This document shows positions 19,034-28,094 of a stretch of 64,000 nucleotides of DNA, one piece after another (within the stretch, counting starts at the first letter, position 1; each line of letters opens with the position of its first letter). The DNA comes from Alphaproteobacteria bacterium. GTDB taxonomy: Bacteria > Pseudomonadota > Alphaproteobacteria > SP197. The translations under genes were made by a program, and so were the position numbers. The notes under the pieces are model-generated. The model was not told the origin of the DNA. It saw only the letters and a program-made list of their open reading frames with translations, and did no database searches. The stretch spans positions 1,440,001-1,504,000 of the forward strand of contig OZ245842.1 of assembly GCA_965228895.1 (NCBI GenBank). Reading direction: 5' to 3'.

Positions 19034-19822
19034 CTCAAGTTGGTTGGTTCGTCGCAAGGCGGCACGCAAGGCCTTGATGTCACGCAGATAGGGCAGGCGA
19101 GCCTGCATCGCGGCGACAAGTTTCATGTCGAGTTCAGCGCAGATCAGTTCTTCGCCGTTGCCGGCTCGCGCGGCGTCGCTGCCGTCGGGCGCGGCTATGC
19201 AACTTTCACCGAGATAGTGCGCACCGTTCTCGCTGCCGGCGTGATTGGCATAGAGCAGCCAAACACCGTTTTCGAAGGCGCGGGTCGGCATCAGTCGCGT
19301 CGCCACCGACTGCCATTGCTCGACCAGGGCGGTCGGTACGATAACGACCTGTACGCCTGATTCCGCTGCGGCGCGAACGGCTTCCGGGTACTCGGCCTCG
19401 TAGCAGATCATGAGGCAGCACCGGACATCACCCAAGACGAACGTCGTCATCGTGTCACCGGGTGTGAAGTAGTCGGGCTCGAAACCCGGCGGCAGTATCG
19501 TCTTGCGGTGGTTGGCCAAGAGTTCGCCGGTCGGGCCTATGACAGCGGCAGCGTTATAGACGGTGTCACCGTCGCGCTCGGGATAGCCGTAGGCGATAGC
19601 AGTGCCGTGTTCCCTGGCGATCTTGCCAATCGCCTCCGCGAAAGGCCCGTCGCACGGCTCGGCGCGTTCTCTCAGCGCACCGCCGATGTTGTAGCCGGAG
19701 GCGAAGAGTTCGGGGCAGACGACGAGGTCGAGGTCAGCGCCCTTGATGGCGCCATGCAGCCGCTCGGCCCTGTCACGCGGCGGCATGCCAGCGCAGGCGC
19801 CCTGAAAGACGGCGGCGCGCAT
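19028..19822 (-). CDS. Carbon-nitrogen hydrolase (nitrilase superfamily)
   Basis: CPEL (Glu), HRK (Lys), ICYEAEYPE (Cys) triad; RAFENG. Confidence 0.9.
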   Translation of the reverse strand: MRAAVFQGACAGMPPRDRAERLHGAIKGADLDLVVCPELFASGYNIGGALRERAEPCDGPFAEAIGKIAREHGTAIAYGYPERDGDTVYNAAAVIGPTGELLANHRKTILPPGFEPDYFTPGDTMTTFVLGDVRCCLMICYEAEYPEAVRAAAESGVQVVIVPTALVEQWQSVATRLMPTRAFENGVWLLYANHAGSENGAHYLGESCIAAPDGSDAARAGNGEELICAELDMKLVAAMQARLPYLRDIKALRAALRRTNQLES

Positions 19823-19825
19823 CGC

Positions 19826-20983
19826 TCAGCGATCCACGATCAAAATGTCGCGTGGGTACTCGGTCAGATAGTCGGCGCCTGTCTCCGTCACGACGATCGA
19901 ATCGCCAATGCGCCCGCCGAATTTGCCGTCGACGGAGATGCCGCCGTCGACCGCAAAGGTCATACCGGGCTGCAGGATCGTGGTGTCGCCGGCCTTGAGT
20001 TCCGGGGCCTCCAAGTATGACATGCCGATGGAGCGCCCCGTGCGATAGCCGGTTTCGTACCCGCGCGCGCTGTAGACGGCGTTGGCGGCGTCGGCCACGG
20101 ACTCGGCTGTGACGCCGGGTTTGATGGCGGCAATCGCAGCCTGTTGCGCGTCGATGGCGCATTGCTGGACCCGGGTGGCGTCGTCGGAGACTTCCTTCAC
20201 GAAGAACATCCGATCGAAGCCCAGCTTGTAGAGCTTGAACTGCGCCATGTTGCAGAAACAGAAGTAGACGGGATCGCCACGCTCCAGCGGTTTCACGCTG
20301 GCGCGCCGGTGAACCATGGAGGTGTCGCGGCCGGACTGCATGATCTGAAGATTGTGAATCATCGGCGATATGAAGGCATCCCATCCCTTCGCCGTCAGAA
20401 AACCGGCGGCCTCGCGGGTGCCGGCGTTGATGACCGCCAGGGCCGCCTCGTACTCCGGCGCGCCTTCCGCCAGGGCGCCTTCGGCGGCTGCCATCATGGC
20501 GCCGGCAATCCTGCCGGTCTGACGCATGACTTCGATCTCCTCCGGCGACTTGATCATGCGCATGGCGCCGAGTTCGCCTGAGACATCGTGGAGTGTGGTG
20601 TCGGGCAGGCATTCGTCGAACCAGTTGCGGACAATCGCCGGCAGGGCGGCGGCCTCGACGCCGACGCGGCCGGGTTTCTTGCCAAGCGCGTCGCGCAGCA
20701 CGGTCTCCCAGCGGCGCGCGCCCGCATCCTCCCAGGTTTCGATGCCTTCGACCCAGGTCATCGCCGAGACCATTTCGCTTTCCATTAGCGGGGTCACGAC
20801 GACAGGCGGCGCGTCGGGCCGGACAAGCAGAAAGGTCGGGCGGCCGAACTCGACCGACAGGTAACCCCAGAAACCGGCGAGATAAGCGATCGAACTCTCG
20901 TCCGTCATGACCGCGACATCGATACCGGCGTCTGCGAGTCGCCTCTGAAATGCAGTTGTCCGTTGTCGTGCTTGGTCGAGCAT
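19826..20983 (-). CDS. M24 (creatinase/Xaa-Pro peptidase fold) hydrolase
   Basis: YLAGF, RMIKSPEEI, LQPGMTF, RIGDSIVVTETG; canonical metal ligands altered. Confidence 0.85.
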   Translation of the reverse strand: MLDQARQRTTAFQRRLADAGIDVAVMTDESSIAYLAGFWGYLSVEFGRPTFLLVRPDAPPVVVTPLMESEMVSAMTWVEGIETWEDAGARRWETVLRDALGKKPGRVGVEAAALPAIVRNWFDECLPDTTLHDVSGELGAMRMIKSPEEIEVMRQTGRIAGAMMAAAEGALAEGAPEYEAALAVINAGTREAAGFLTAKGWDAFISPMIHNLQIMQSGRDTSMVHRRASVKPLERGDPVYFCFCNMAQFKLYKLGFDRMFFVKEVSDDATRVQQCAIDAQQAAIAAIKPGVTAESVADAANAVYSARGYETGYRTGRSIGMSYLEAPELKAGDTTILQPGMTFAVDGGISVDGKFGGRIGDSIVVTETGADYLTEYPRDILIVDR

Positions 20984-21124
20984 GGTGTGGTCCCCGGCGA
21001 CGTGACCTTGCGTCGCCATCATGCACGCAAGGTTCACGTTGTCGCTATGTCTGGTTTACCTGGCTGGCCTATGCACAAGCGGTTCTGATCGCCCAACGTA
21101 GCCCTGACCATATCGGCACAACGC

Positions 21125-21154
21125 CCCAAGGCATCGCGTTACCGATGCCTTGGG
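21125..21154 (-). terminator. Stem-loop downstream of the SBP gene (terminator or mRNA stabiliser)
   Basis: CCCAAGGCATCG-N6-CGATGCCTTGGG 12-bp perfect stem, 20 nt after the stop; weak U tail. Confidence 0.55.
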
Positions 21155-21174
21155 AACGCAGAACTGGGCTCGGC

Positions 21175-22794
21175 TCAGGCCGTCGGATCGACGACCCACC
21201 AGCGCTCGATAATGTGACGACCATCCATGGGCCGGTCGGCGGCGAGCTCGCCGTGCCCAAGTTTCTGATTGCGCGCCAGCACATTGCTCGGGAAGGCGAA
21301 GATGACCTGCCCGGCTTGATCGCGCACCATGAGTTGCAGTTCCGACAGCATCTCGCGTCGCCTCGCGCTGTCGAGCTCGGCATTGGCTTCGTCGAGAATG
21401 CTGACAAACCTCTCGTTCTCGAAAACCGATTCGTTCCATGGCGAGCCCGGCACATAGCCGGAGGCAAACATCTCGCTCGCCGTCGCGTAGCCACCCCAGT
21501 AATTCGCGAAGGCCGGCGTGTTCATGTAGACATCGGACCAATAACCATCGGCGGGCTCGCGTACGATCTCGATCTCGATGGCGGCGTCTTTCGCCGACTC
21601 CTGATAAAGAGCCGCTGCATCGACGGCGCTGTTAAACGCGGCTTCACCAGCGTGGAGCTGGATCTGCAGCTTGTCCAATCCGGCCTTGTTGAGATGGAAC
21701 TTCGCCTGGTCGGGGTCATAGACCCGCTGCTCCAGGTTGGGGTCGTGATATGGGTAAGAAGGCCCAATGGGGTGGTCGTTGCCGACCACGCCATAACCAT
21801 GAAGGATCGTCTCGACCATTTGTTCTCGATCGATAGCGTACTTCATGGCCATACGAACGTCGGCATTGTCGAAGGGCGCGCGATCGGACATGAGACTGAA
21901 CAGATAGTGCAAGGGCCCTTCGTTGCGTTCGACCGTGATGCCTTCTTGTTGGCCGAGCAAACCGGCCAACTTGTAGTCCACCTGATCGATGACATCGACA
22001 TCGCCTGACTGGACGGCGTTCATGCGCGCCGTCGAGTCGGCGATCGTCAGGACTTCGACCGTGCTGGCGAAGGCCCGGTCGTCGCGCCAGTAGTTGGGGT
22101 TGCGCTCGAGATAGGCATCCTGGCCCGGCTTCCAGTCCTTCAGGATGTATCCGCCGGTACCGATCCCCGACGCCGCATCAATGCCGCCATCGCCGGTCGC
22201 CGGACAGATCGTGAAGTTTGCCGATGACATGCTGTAGGGGAAGTCGACATTGGGTTTGACCAGCTCGAAGATCAGCGTGTCATTGCCGTCGGCCTTCATG
22301 CTGCTGATCCGCTCGGCAATCGGCTTGGCGCCGGACTCCGATTCGTCGCCAAGGTGATGGTTGATCGATGCGATCACATCGTCTGGCGAAAGGGTCTTGC
22401 CGTTGTGAAACTCGACGCCCTGACGCAGCTTGAACGTCCACGTCTTTGCATCGGCCGACGGTTCCCATTGGGTCGCCAGACAGGGCTCCAGCCCCGCGCC
22501 GTGTCCCGTCTGGGTCAGCGTATTGCGGACGGCATAGGCAATCATCCACTGAGCGCCGTTAAACAACAGAGCCGGGTCCAGCGTATCCGTCGTCTGACCG
22601 TGCCGCGTGCCGATTCGCATGTTGCCGCCCTTCTGCGGCGACTGGGCGGAAGCCGAACGGCCGGCAACAGAGATAGCCGCGGCGGTCAGTCCCAAAGCAG
22701 CGGCGCGGCCCATGAACTCCCTCTTCGTCATGCGGCCGGCCTCGAAGGCAGTGCGAAGGTCTGAAAACGAGGTGGTGTTGGTGTAGCTGGTCAT
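21175..22794 (-). CDS. Peptide/nickel (family 5) ABC substrate-binding protein
   Basis: Tat-like leader, TLDP, WTFKLRQGVEFHNG, GTGGY, VRMAMKYAIDR. Confidence 0.92.
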   Translation of the reverse strand: MTSYTNTTSFSDLRTAFEAGRMTKREFMGRAAALGLTAAAISVAGRSASAQSPQKGGNMRIGTRHGQTTDTLDPALLFNGAQWMIAYAVRNTLTQTGHGAGLEPCLATQWEPSADAKTWTFKLRQGVEFHNGKTLSPDDVIASINHHLGDESESGAKPIAERISSMKADGNDTLIFELVKPNVDFPYSMSSANFTICPATGDGGIDAASGIGTGGYILKDWKPGQDAYLERNPNYWRDDRAFASTVEVLTIADSTARMNAVQSGDVDVIDQVDYKLAGLLGQQEGITVERNEGPLHYLFSLMSDRAPFDNADVRMAMKYAIDREQMVETILHGYGVVGNDHPIGPSYPYHDPNLEQRVYDPDQAKFHLNKAGLDKLQIQLHAGEAAFNSAVDAAALYQESAKDAAIEIEIVREPADGYWSDVYMNTPAFANYWGGYATASEMFASGYVPGSPWNESVFENERFVSILDEANAELDSARRREMLSELQLMVRDQAGQVIFAFPSNVLARNQKLGHGELAADRPMDGRHIIERWWVVDPTA

Positions 22795-22862
22795 GGGCTT
22801 TTCCCGGGCTGGTGTCGCGGAGCGACGGGTGGTTCATGCGAACCACAGCACAGGCTCACAGC

Positions 22863-22882
22863 ACTGTCAACTGTCGACAGTT
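22863..22882. promoter_or_regulatory. Putative GntR operator 1
   Basis: ACTGTCAACTGTCGACAGTT containing the perfect 14-bp palindrome AACTGTCGACAGTT (22869-22882), upstream of the SBP gene. Confidence 0.65.
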
Positions 22883-22927
22883 TGTAATGTGAGTCTGCTG
22901 CGAGATACACCCATCCGTGGGGCCGGC

Positions 22928-23632
22928 TCAATCGTCGGGGAAGTACTCGATATAGAAGCGTTTCGTTTCGCTTCTGTTGAATTGCAGATAGTGGGTCATC
23001 GTCTCGGCGACGTGGTCGGGATCACCCGCCTCGAACGCTTCGACCACGGGCAGCACGTAGGTGCCGAAGAAACCTTCAGACGCCTCGTCGGCAAGGTTGA
23101 CCAGCGTTGCAACCTGACGAATCCGTACCAGCAGATTCCTGAAGGCCTCCGACAGGATGGGATTGCCGCCCAAATCAACGATGAAGGTATGGAGTGCGAA
23201 GACCGCATCGAGACCGGCCAAGGGGGCGTCGTCGCGACGTTTCTCTGCCGCGACAATGGCGTCGTAGTGGCGGCGTAACTGCTTCAAATCGTTCGGTGTT
23301 GCACGCTTGACCGCCTTCCTGGCAGCGTAGGCTTCCAGGCAAATGCGGTAGTCCGACAAGTTGTCGATTTCCTCGAGCGAAACCTTGCGGACAAAAAAAC
23401 CGCGCCGCGCCTCGGATGTCAGGACACCCCACTGTTGAAGCAATCGGGCGGCTTCGCGAATCGGACCGCGGCTGATTCCCATGCGACGCGCCAATTCGGC
23501 CTCGACAATGCGCTCGCCCGGCGCAAGCTCGCCGCTCGTTATCGCGGCAAGCAGCCTGTCGCGAACCTGCTCGACCAGATCAGCTTGTTCGACCGTCTCA
23601 AACTGTGACGCCGTGGGCGCTTTGCTAGACAT
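22928..23632 (-). CDS. GntR/FadR-family transcriptional regulator (FCD domain)
   Basis: ITSGELAPGERIVEAELARRMGISRGPIREA; R.CLE; GNPIL. Confidence 0.92.
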   Translation of the reverse strand: MSSKAPTASQFETVEQADLVEQVRDRLLAAITSGELAPGERIVEAELARRMGISRGPIREAARLLQQWGVLTSEARRGFFVRKVSLEEIDNLSDYRICLEAYAARKAVKRATPNDLKQLRRHYDAIVAAEKRRDDAPLAGLDAVFALHTFIVDLGGNPILSEAFRNLLVRIRQVATLVNLADEASEGFFGTYVLPVVEAFEAGDPDHVAETMTHYLQFNRSETKRFYIEYFPDD

Positions 23633-23692
23633 GGATGACTCGTTCCGTCCTGTGATAGTGCGATTGTCGCAGGGCAGTAAATAGCAGATACA

Positions 23693-23710
23693 ACTGTTGA
23701 CTGTCGACAC
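23693..23710. promoter_or_regulatory. Putative GntR operator 2
   Basis: ACTGTTGACTGTCGACAC matches operator 1 at 15/18; lies between divergent gntR and amidase. Confidence 0.65.
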
Positions 23711-23769
23711 TGCAGATCGTCTATTGGGCTTGTTGGGAAGATCTCGAGAATGATCGGTGTGGGGATTCG

Positions 23770-25227
23770 ATGAGACTGTCAGAGTACGCAGCGCTCGACG
23801 CGGTTGGCTTGGCGGCGCTGATTACGAATGGAGAGGTGACGGCAACGGAGGCCGCGGCGCTGGCGGCCGCGGCGGTCGCAACGGTCAACCCGCATCTGAA
23901 CGCCGTGATCGAGCTCTACGACGATCGTATCGATCGCGCGCCGTCTTACTCATTAGGCGCGGGGCCGCTATACGGCGTTCCCATACTGAACAAAGATCTG
24001 TCGTTTGCCGAAGCGGGCCGGCGGCACGAGATGGGCAGCCTGTTCGCCAGGGGTCAGGTGCCGACGCGCGACTGCACCGCGGTCGAGCGGTTACGGCAGG
24101 CCGGCCTTAACATGATCGGGCGGACCACAACGCCGGAGTTCGGCAATGCCGGCATCACCGAGAGTACGATCGCCGGTGTGACCCGCAACCCCTGGGACAC
24201 GGCTCGGACACCCGGTGGTTCCAGTGGCGGTTCGGCGGCGATAGTTGCCGCCGGCGCGGTGCCGGTGGCGACGGCCGGCGATGGCGGCGGGTCAACCAGA
24301 ACACCCGCGAGCCTATGCGGTCTCGTCGGGCTCAAGACGACGCGCGGCAAGGTGCCGGTCGGGCCTGCGCGTGGCGAGGCGACGTGTGGCATGAGCGGAA
24401 CTTTCGTCGTGACGCGCAGCATGCGCGACTGCGCGACGTTTCTCGATATTCTGGGTGGCCCTTCACCGGGCGATCCTTATGTCACAGCGATGCCGCCGGA
24501 ACCCTACGCGGCGACGCTGGATAAACCACTGCCACCCCTGCGCATCGCCTTTACCGCGGAGAACTGGGCCGGCGTGCCCGTCAGCACCGAGTCCCGCCAG
24601 GCGCTGCACTCTGCTCTCGGATTGCTTGAGGAAACGGGACACAGCCTCGAAGAGGCCTCGCCCGTGCTCGACTGGGAAGCTTTGTTCGCAGCGACCGTCA
24701 CGATCATGTGCGCCAACCTCGCAAACGGTGTCGACAAGCTCAGTGCCACCTTCGGGCGCTCGCCGCTACCCCGCGAACTCCAATCGAGCACGTGGGCCTG
24801 TTATCGCCAGGGCAAGACCCTTGCTGCGGGCGACCTTCTGGGCGCCCTCGAGGTTTTCAATACGGTCAGCCGGTCAGTCGGCGCATTCTTCGAGCAGTAT
24901 GATGTGCTGATGACGCCGGCCTGCGTCTATCCCGCGCCATTGATCGAGGAAAGCTATCGATGCGACCCGAAAGAGCCGATCACGGGCACGGCCTATCAGG
25001 AGAATGTCTACGCCAACGACCTGTTCGCTTGCCTCTTCAACACGACCGGTCAGCCTGCCATCACGCTGCCGTTGCACGAAACACAAGACCCGCTGCCTCT
25101 CGGCGTGCAGGTCGCCGGACGGTTCGGTGACGAAGAGACGTTGCTGCGGTTAGGGCGCTTCTTTGAGGTCGCCGCACCATGGAAAGATCGCGCGCCACCA
25201 ATTCACATTGCAAAGTTGGCAGCGTGA
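23770..25227 (+). CDS. Amidase-signature family amidase
   Basis: GVPILNKD, TPGGSSGGSAA, GDGGGSTRTPASLCG, FNTTGQPAITLP. Confidence 0.92.
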   Translation: MRLSEYAALDAVGLAALITNGEVTATEAAALAAAAVATVNPHLNAVIELYDDRIDRAPSYSLGAGPLYGVPILNKDLSFAEAGRRHEMGSLFARGQVPTRDCTAVERLRQAGLNMIGRTTTPEFGNAGITESTIAGVTRNPWDTARTPGGSSGGSAAIVAAGAVPVATAGDGGGSTRTPASLCGLVGLKTTRGKVPVGPARGEATCGMSGTFVVTRSMRDCATFLDILGGPSPGDPYVTAMPPEPYAATLDKPLPPLRIAFTAENWAGVPVSTESRQALHSALGLLEETGHSLEEASPVLDWEALFAATVTIMCANLANGVDKLSATFGRSPLPRELQSSTWACYRQGKTLAAGDLLGALEVFNTVSRSVGAFFEQYDVLMTPACVYPAPLIEESYRCDPKEPITGTAYQENVYANDLFACLFNTTGQPAITLPLHETQDPLPLGVQVAGRFGDEETLLRLGRFFEVAAPWKDRAPPIHIAKLAA

Positions 25228-25245
25228 ACGAACGCCTGGCGGCAA

Positions 25246-26376
25246 CTACATCGCATCCGTATCAATGATCAGCGATGCGTCGGCCTCAATGCGATCCCAG
25301 TTGAGGTGGAGGCCAAGGCCGGGCCTGTCCGGGGCGCTGACGCATCCGTCGGCTTCGATGCGAATGGGATTGGCGCAGGCGTATTCATAATGCTCGACGG
25401 GTACGGGATGTTCGAAATAGCTGCAGCCCGCGACCCCCAGCATGACATGCAGGTTGGCGGCCTGGCTGAGCGGATAGCCATAGCTCTGAAGCTCGGTCTT
25501 CATGCCGTGCGCCTCGGCCAGCGCCATCGCCTTTAAGGTTTTCTGAACACCGCCGACATTGCAGGGGTCGCAGCGCAGGCGGGACCATGCGCCGCGCCCG
25601 ATCGCATCGGCCATGTCCGGGAGCTCAACGATCGTGTTGCCGGCGGCGATGACGTCGACGCCGACGGCACGCCTCAATTCCGCATAGGCGTCGATGTCCG
25701 TATCGGTGAGTGGCGCCTCCAACCAGTCGCACGGCATGTCGGTGAGGGCGCGGCCCAGCGTCACCGCGTCATCGAAGCTGTAAAGCTGTTCCAGGTCGAC
25801 CATGAAACGCAGGCCGCTCGACCCGAAAGCCTGGGACACTGCCGCCGTCATCTCCAGGTCAAAGGCGGGGTCACATTGGGTGTGAAACTTGACAGCCGGG
25901 TAACCCAAACCCTGGATCAGCCTGACGTAGTCGAGATAGCCTTCGACGGTCTCGAAGACCGGGCTGCTGGCGTAGGCGGGAATGCGTTCGCGCGCACCGC
26001 CCAACAACCGATAGAGCGGCAGGCCTGTTGCGCGACCGAAGGCATCCCACATCGCGATGTCCAGCAACGACTCGGGATCGGGTATCGCTGCCCGACGTTT
26101 TGCCAACAATGTGCTTGTAACCGCTTCGCGGTCGAACAGGCTGCGGCCGACGACGTCACCTATAACCGGGCGAAACGCCTCAGCAAAATCGTGGTTGCCG
26201 GTATCACCTTCGCCGGAATCGACTCCCGCCGCGCCTTCGATACCACCACGCGTCGTCAGCCGAACGATGTTGTAGTGCATGGTGAAATGATCTTCCGCAC
26301 CGGTGAAGCGGTAAGGCGGCGTTACGTCCGGCGCAACGACGTAGATGCGAGCGCGCGCGATCTCCATATCGTTCAT
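25246..26376 (-). CDS. Mandelate racemase/enolase superfamily enzyme, copy 2
   Basis: LDIAMWDAFGR, LLGGAR, AVKFH, MVD, WLEAP, APDRPGLG. Confidence 0.88.
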   Translation of the reverse strand: MNDMEIARARIYVVAPDVTPPYRFTGAEDHFTMHYNIVRLTTRGGIEGAAGVDSGEGDTGNHDFAEAFRPVIGDVVGRSLFDREAVTSTLLAKRRAAIPDPESLLDIAMWDAFGRATGLPLYRLLGGARERIPAYASSPVFETVEGYLDYVRLIQGLGYPAVKFHTQCDPAFDLEMTAAVSQAFGSSGLRFMVDLEQLYSFDDAVTLGRALTDMPCDWLEAPLTDTDIDAYAELRRAVGVDVIAAGNTIVELPDMADAIGRGAWSRLRCDPCNVGGVQKTLKAMALAEAHGMKTELQSYGYPLSQAANLHVMLGVAGCSYFEHPVPVEHYEYACANPIRIEADGCVSAPDRPGLGLHLNWDRIEADASLIIDTDAM

Positions 26377-27533
26377 GAAGGTTTCCCAGAAATATCAAAG
26401 CTGGCGAACGCGTCGGTCTCGACCCGCGTCCAATCGATGTTCAGGCCCAGTCCCGGACCATCGGGCGCGCTGATATGCCCATCGTCGTCGATACGCGGTG
26501 GGTTGCTCAGTTCGTATTCATAGTCGGTTTCGGGCACCGGCTGCTCAAAGAACTGACAGTTGCCGAGGCCTAGAGCCATATGAAGGCTGGCAAGCTTTCG
26601 ACCTTCAAAGCCATAACTCTGCAACTCAACCGTCATGCCATGGCTTTCGGCCAGCGCCATGGCCTTGCGCGCGGGCCCAATCCCGCCGGCATGGGTCGGT
26701 CCGGTACGCAGGTTGGTCCAGGCGGAACAGGCAATGCCGTCGCGCAGTTCGTCGAGGCGGGTCAGCGTGTTGCCGGCCGCGATAACCGGTACGTCGACCG
26801 CGCGGCGCAAGGTTGCATAGCCTTCGAGATCGCGATCGGGCAGGGGCGCCTCGAACCAGACGTAGTCGCGCTGGGCAAGCACCGTGCCGACACGGATGGC
26901 GTCACTCAGACTGTAGCGCTGCTCAACATCCAACATGAACCGCATGTCTCGACCGTGCGCCGCATCGACCGCCGATACCATGTCCAGGTCCCAATCGGGA
27001 TCACACCGGGTGTGGAGTTTGGCGGCTCGATAGCCGCGTGCCTTCAGGTCTCCGACAAAGCTGACATAGTCTTCGGCGGCGTCGAAGACAGGGGTGCTGG
27101 CATAGGTCGGCATATGGTCGCATGCACCGCCAAGCAGCCGGTGCAGCGGCAGGTCGGCAGCCTTAGCCGCCAGATCCCACAACGCGATGTCGATCAAAGA
27201 CTCGGCGCGAAACCGCGGATCGTCCGACTGGCGCATCAGCCGGTCGTTGACCGCCTCCCGCTCCAGAGCGGATGCACCAATGATCGACGGAGCGACTTCG
27301 TTAAGACGCTCAATAAGACTGCGGTCGGCCTCGCCTGGCGCCTCGCCGGGTTTGCCCTCTGGTACGTTCGACGTATTGCTGGCAACGCCTTCGAGCCCGT
27401 TGCGCGCGGTCAGCCTCAGGATGTTATCGGTCACCCGCACGAATCCGTCTTGGCCGGTCCACCGATAGGGCGGCGTCGTGTCTGGCGCGACAGCGTAGAG
27501 CCGCGCCCGAACAATATCGAGATCGCGTGTCAA
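26373..27533 (-). CDS. Mandelate racemase/enolase superfamily enzyme, copy 1
   Basis: IDIALWDLAAK, AAKLH, MLD, WFEAP, APDGPGLG; TTG start inferred by alignment to the neighbour. Confidence 0.85.
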   Translation of the reverse strand: MTRDLDIVRARLYAVAPDTTPPYRWTGQDGFVRVTDNILRLTARNGLEGVASNTSNVPEGKPGEAPGEADRSLIERLNEVAPSIIGASALEREAVNDRLMRQSDDPRFRAESLIDIALWDLAAKAADLPLHRLLGGACDHMPTYASTPVFDAAEDYVSFVGDLKARGYRAAKLHTRCDPDWDLDMVSAVDAAHGRDMRFMLDVEQRYSLSDAIRVGTVLAQRDYVWFEAPLPDRDLEGYATLRRAVDVPVIAAGNTLTRLDELRDGIACSAWTNLRTGPTHAGGIGPARKAMALAESHGMTVELQSYGFEGRKLASLHMALGLGNCQFFEQPVPETDYEYELSNPPRIDDDGHISAPDGPGLGLNIDWTRVETDAFASFDISGKPS

Positions 27534-27621
27534 AGAAGGATCCCCCGGACATTCAAGTTGTCCGGGGGATCCTATAGACCCAAACGAGCACGCGACAGTG
27601 GTTAGGTGCCCATTTCGCGCT

Positions 27622-27993
27622 TTAGTGGTAACCGATGATGTGACGGCTTCCCGGCACGATATAGGGATTGCCATAGTGGTCGTAGCACTGCGTGCCGCCG
27701 ATCACGACCCGGTTGCCGTAGTTGTCATAGCTGTACTTGCGCACCGAATGGCAGGACGGGCGATAGTTGTTGCGGTTGTAGTTGTTGTAGCCTTGATTGT
27801 AGTAGCTGTTGCCGCGGTAATGATTGTTGCCGTGGCCGTAACCGTGTCCCCGGTTGTTATGCCCGCCATAGCCGAAGAAATTGGAATAGCCGGGCGAATA
27901 GCCGTGATTGTAGTTCCCGGCCGATGCGGCTGCAGGCATCAGAAAGAGGCCGGCCAAGCCGGCAATGAAAAGCAAGCGAATTCGGTGACCCAT
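27622..27993 (-). CDS. Small secreted Gly/Tyr/Asn/His-rich protein
   Basis: Signal peptide (...PAAASA), low-complexity GYN core, C-terminal two-Cys domain. Confidence 0.75.
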   Translation of the reverse strand: MGHRIRLLFIAGLAGLFLMPAAASAGNYNHGYSPGYSNFFGYGGHNNRGHGYGHGNNHYRGNSYYNQGYNNYNRNNYRPSCHSVRKYSYDNYGNRVVIGGTQCYDHYGNPYIVPGSRHIIGYH

Positions 27994-28094
27994 CACGCGT
28001 TCCCTGATCTTGTTACCCCCGTCCGCTAGAACGTACGGCCGCGGGCAATCCATACGGCATTGGCCTGGATCTCACCGAGACGTGATGGGCGGCG

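Noticed and set aside
27700-27915. GTT/GTA-rich repeats as a CRISPR array or microsatellite
   Set aside because: Explained by Asn/Tyr/Gly codons of the minus-strand protein; no repeat-spacer periodicity.
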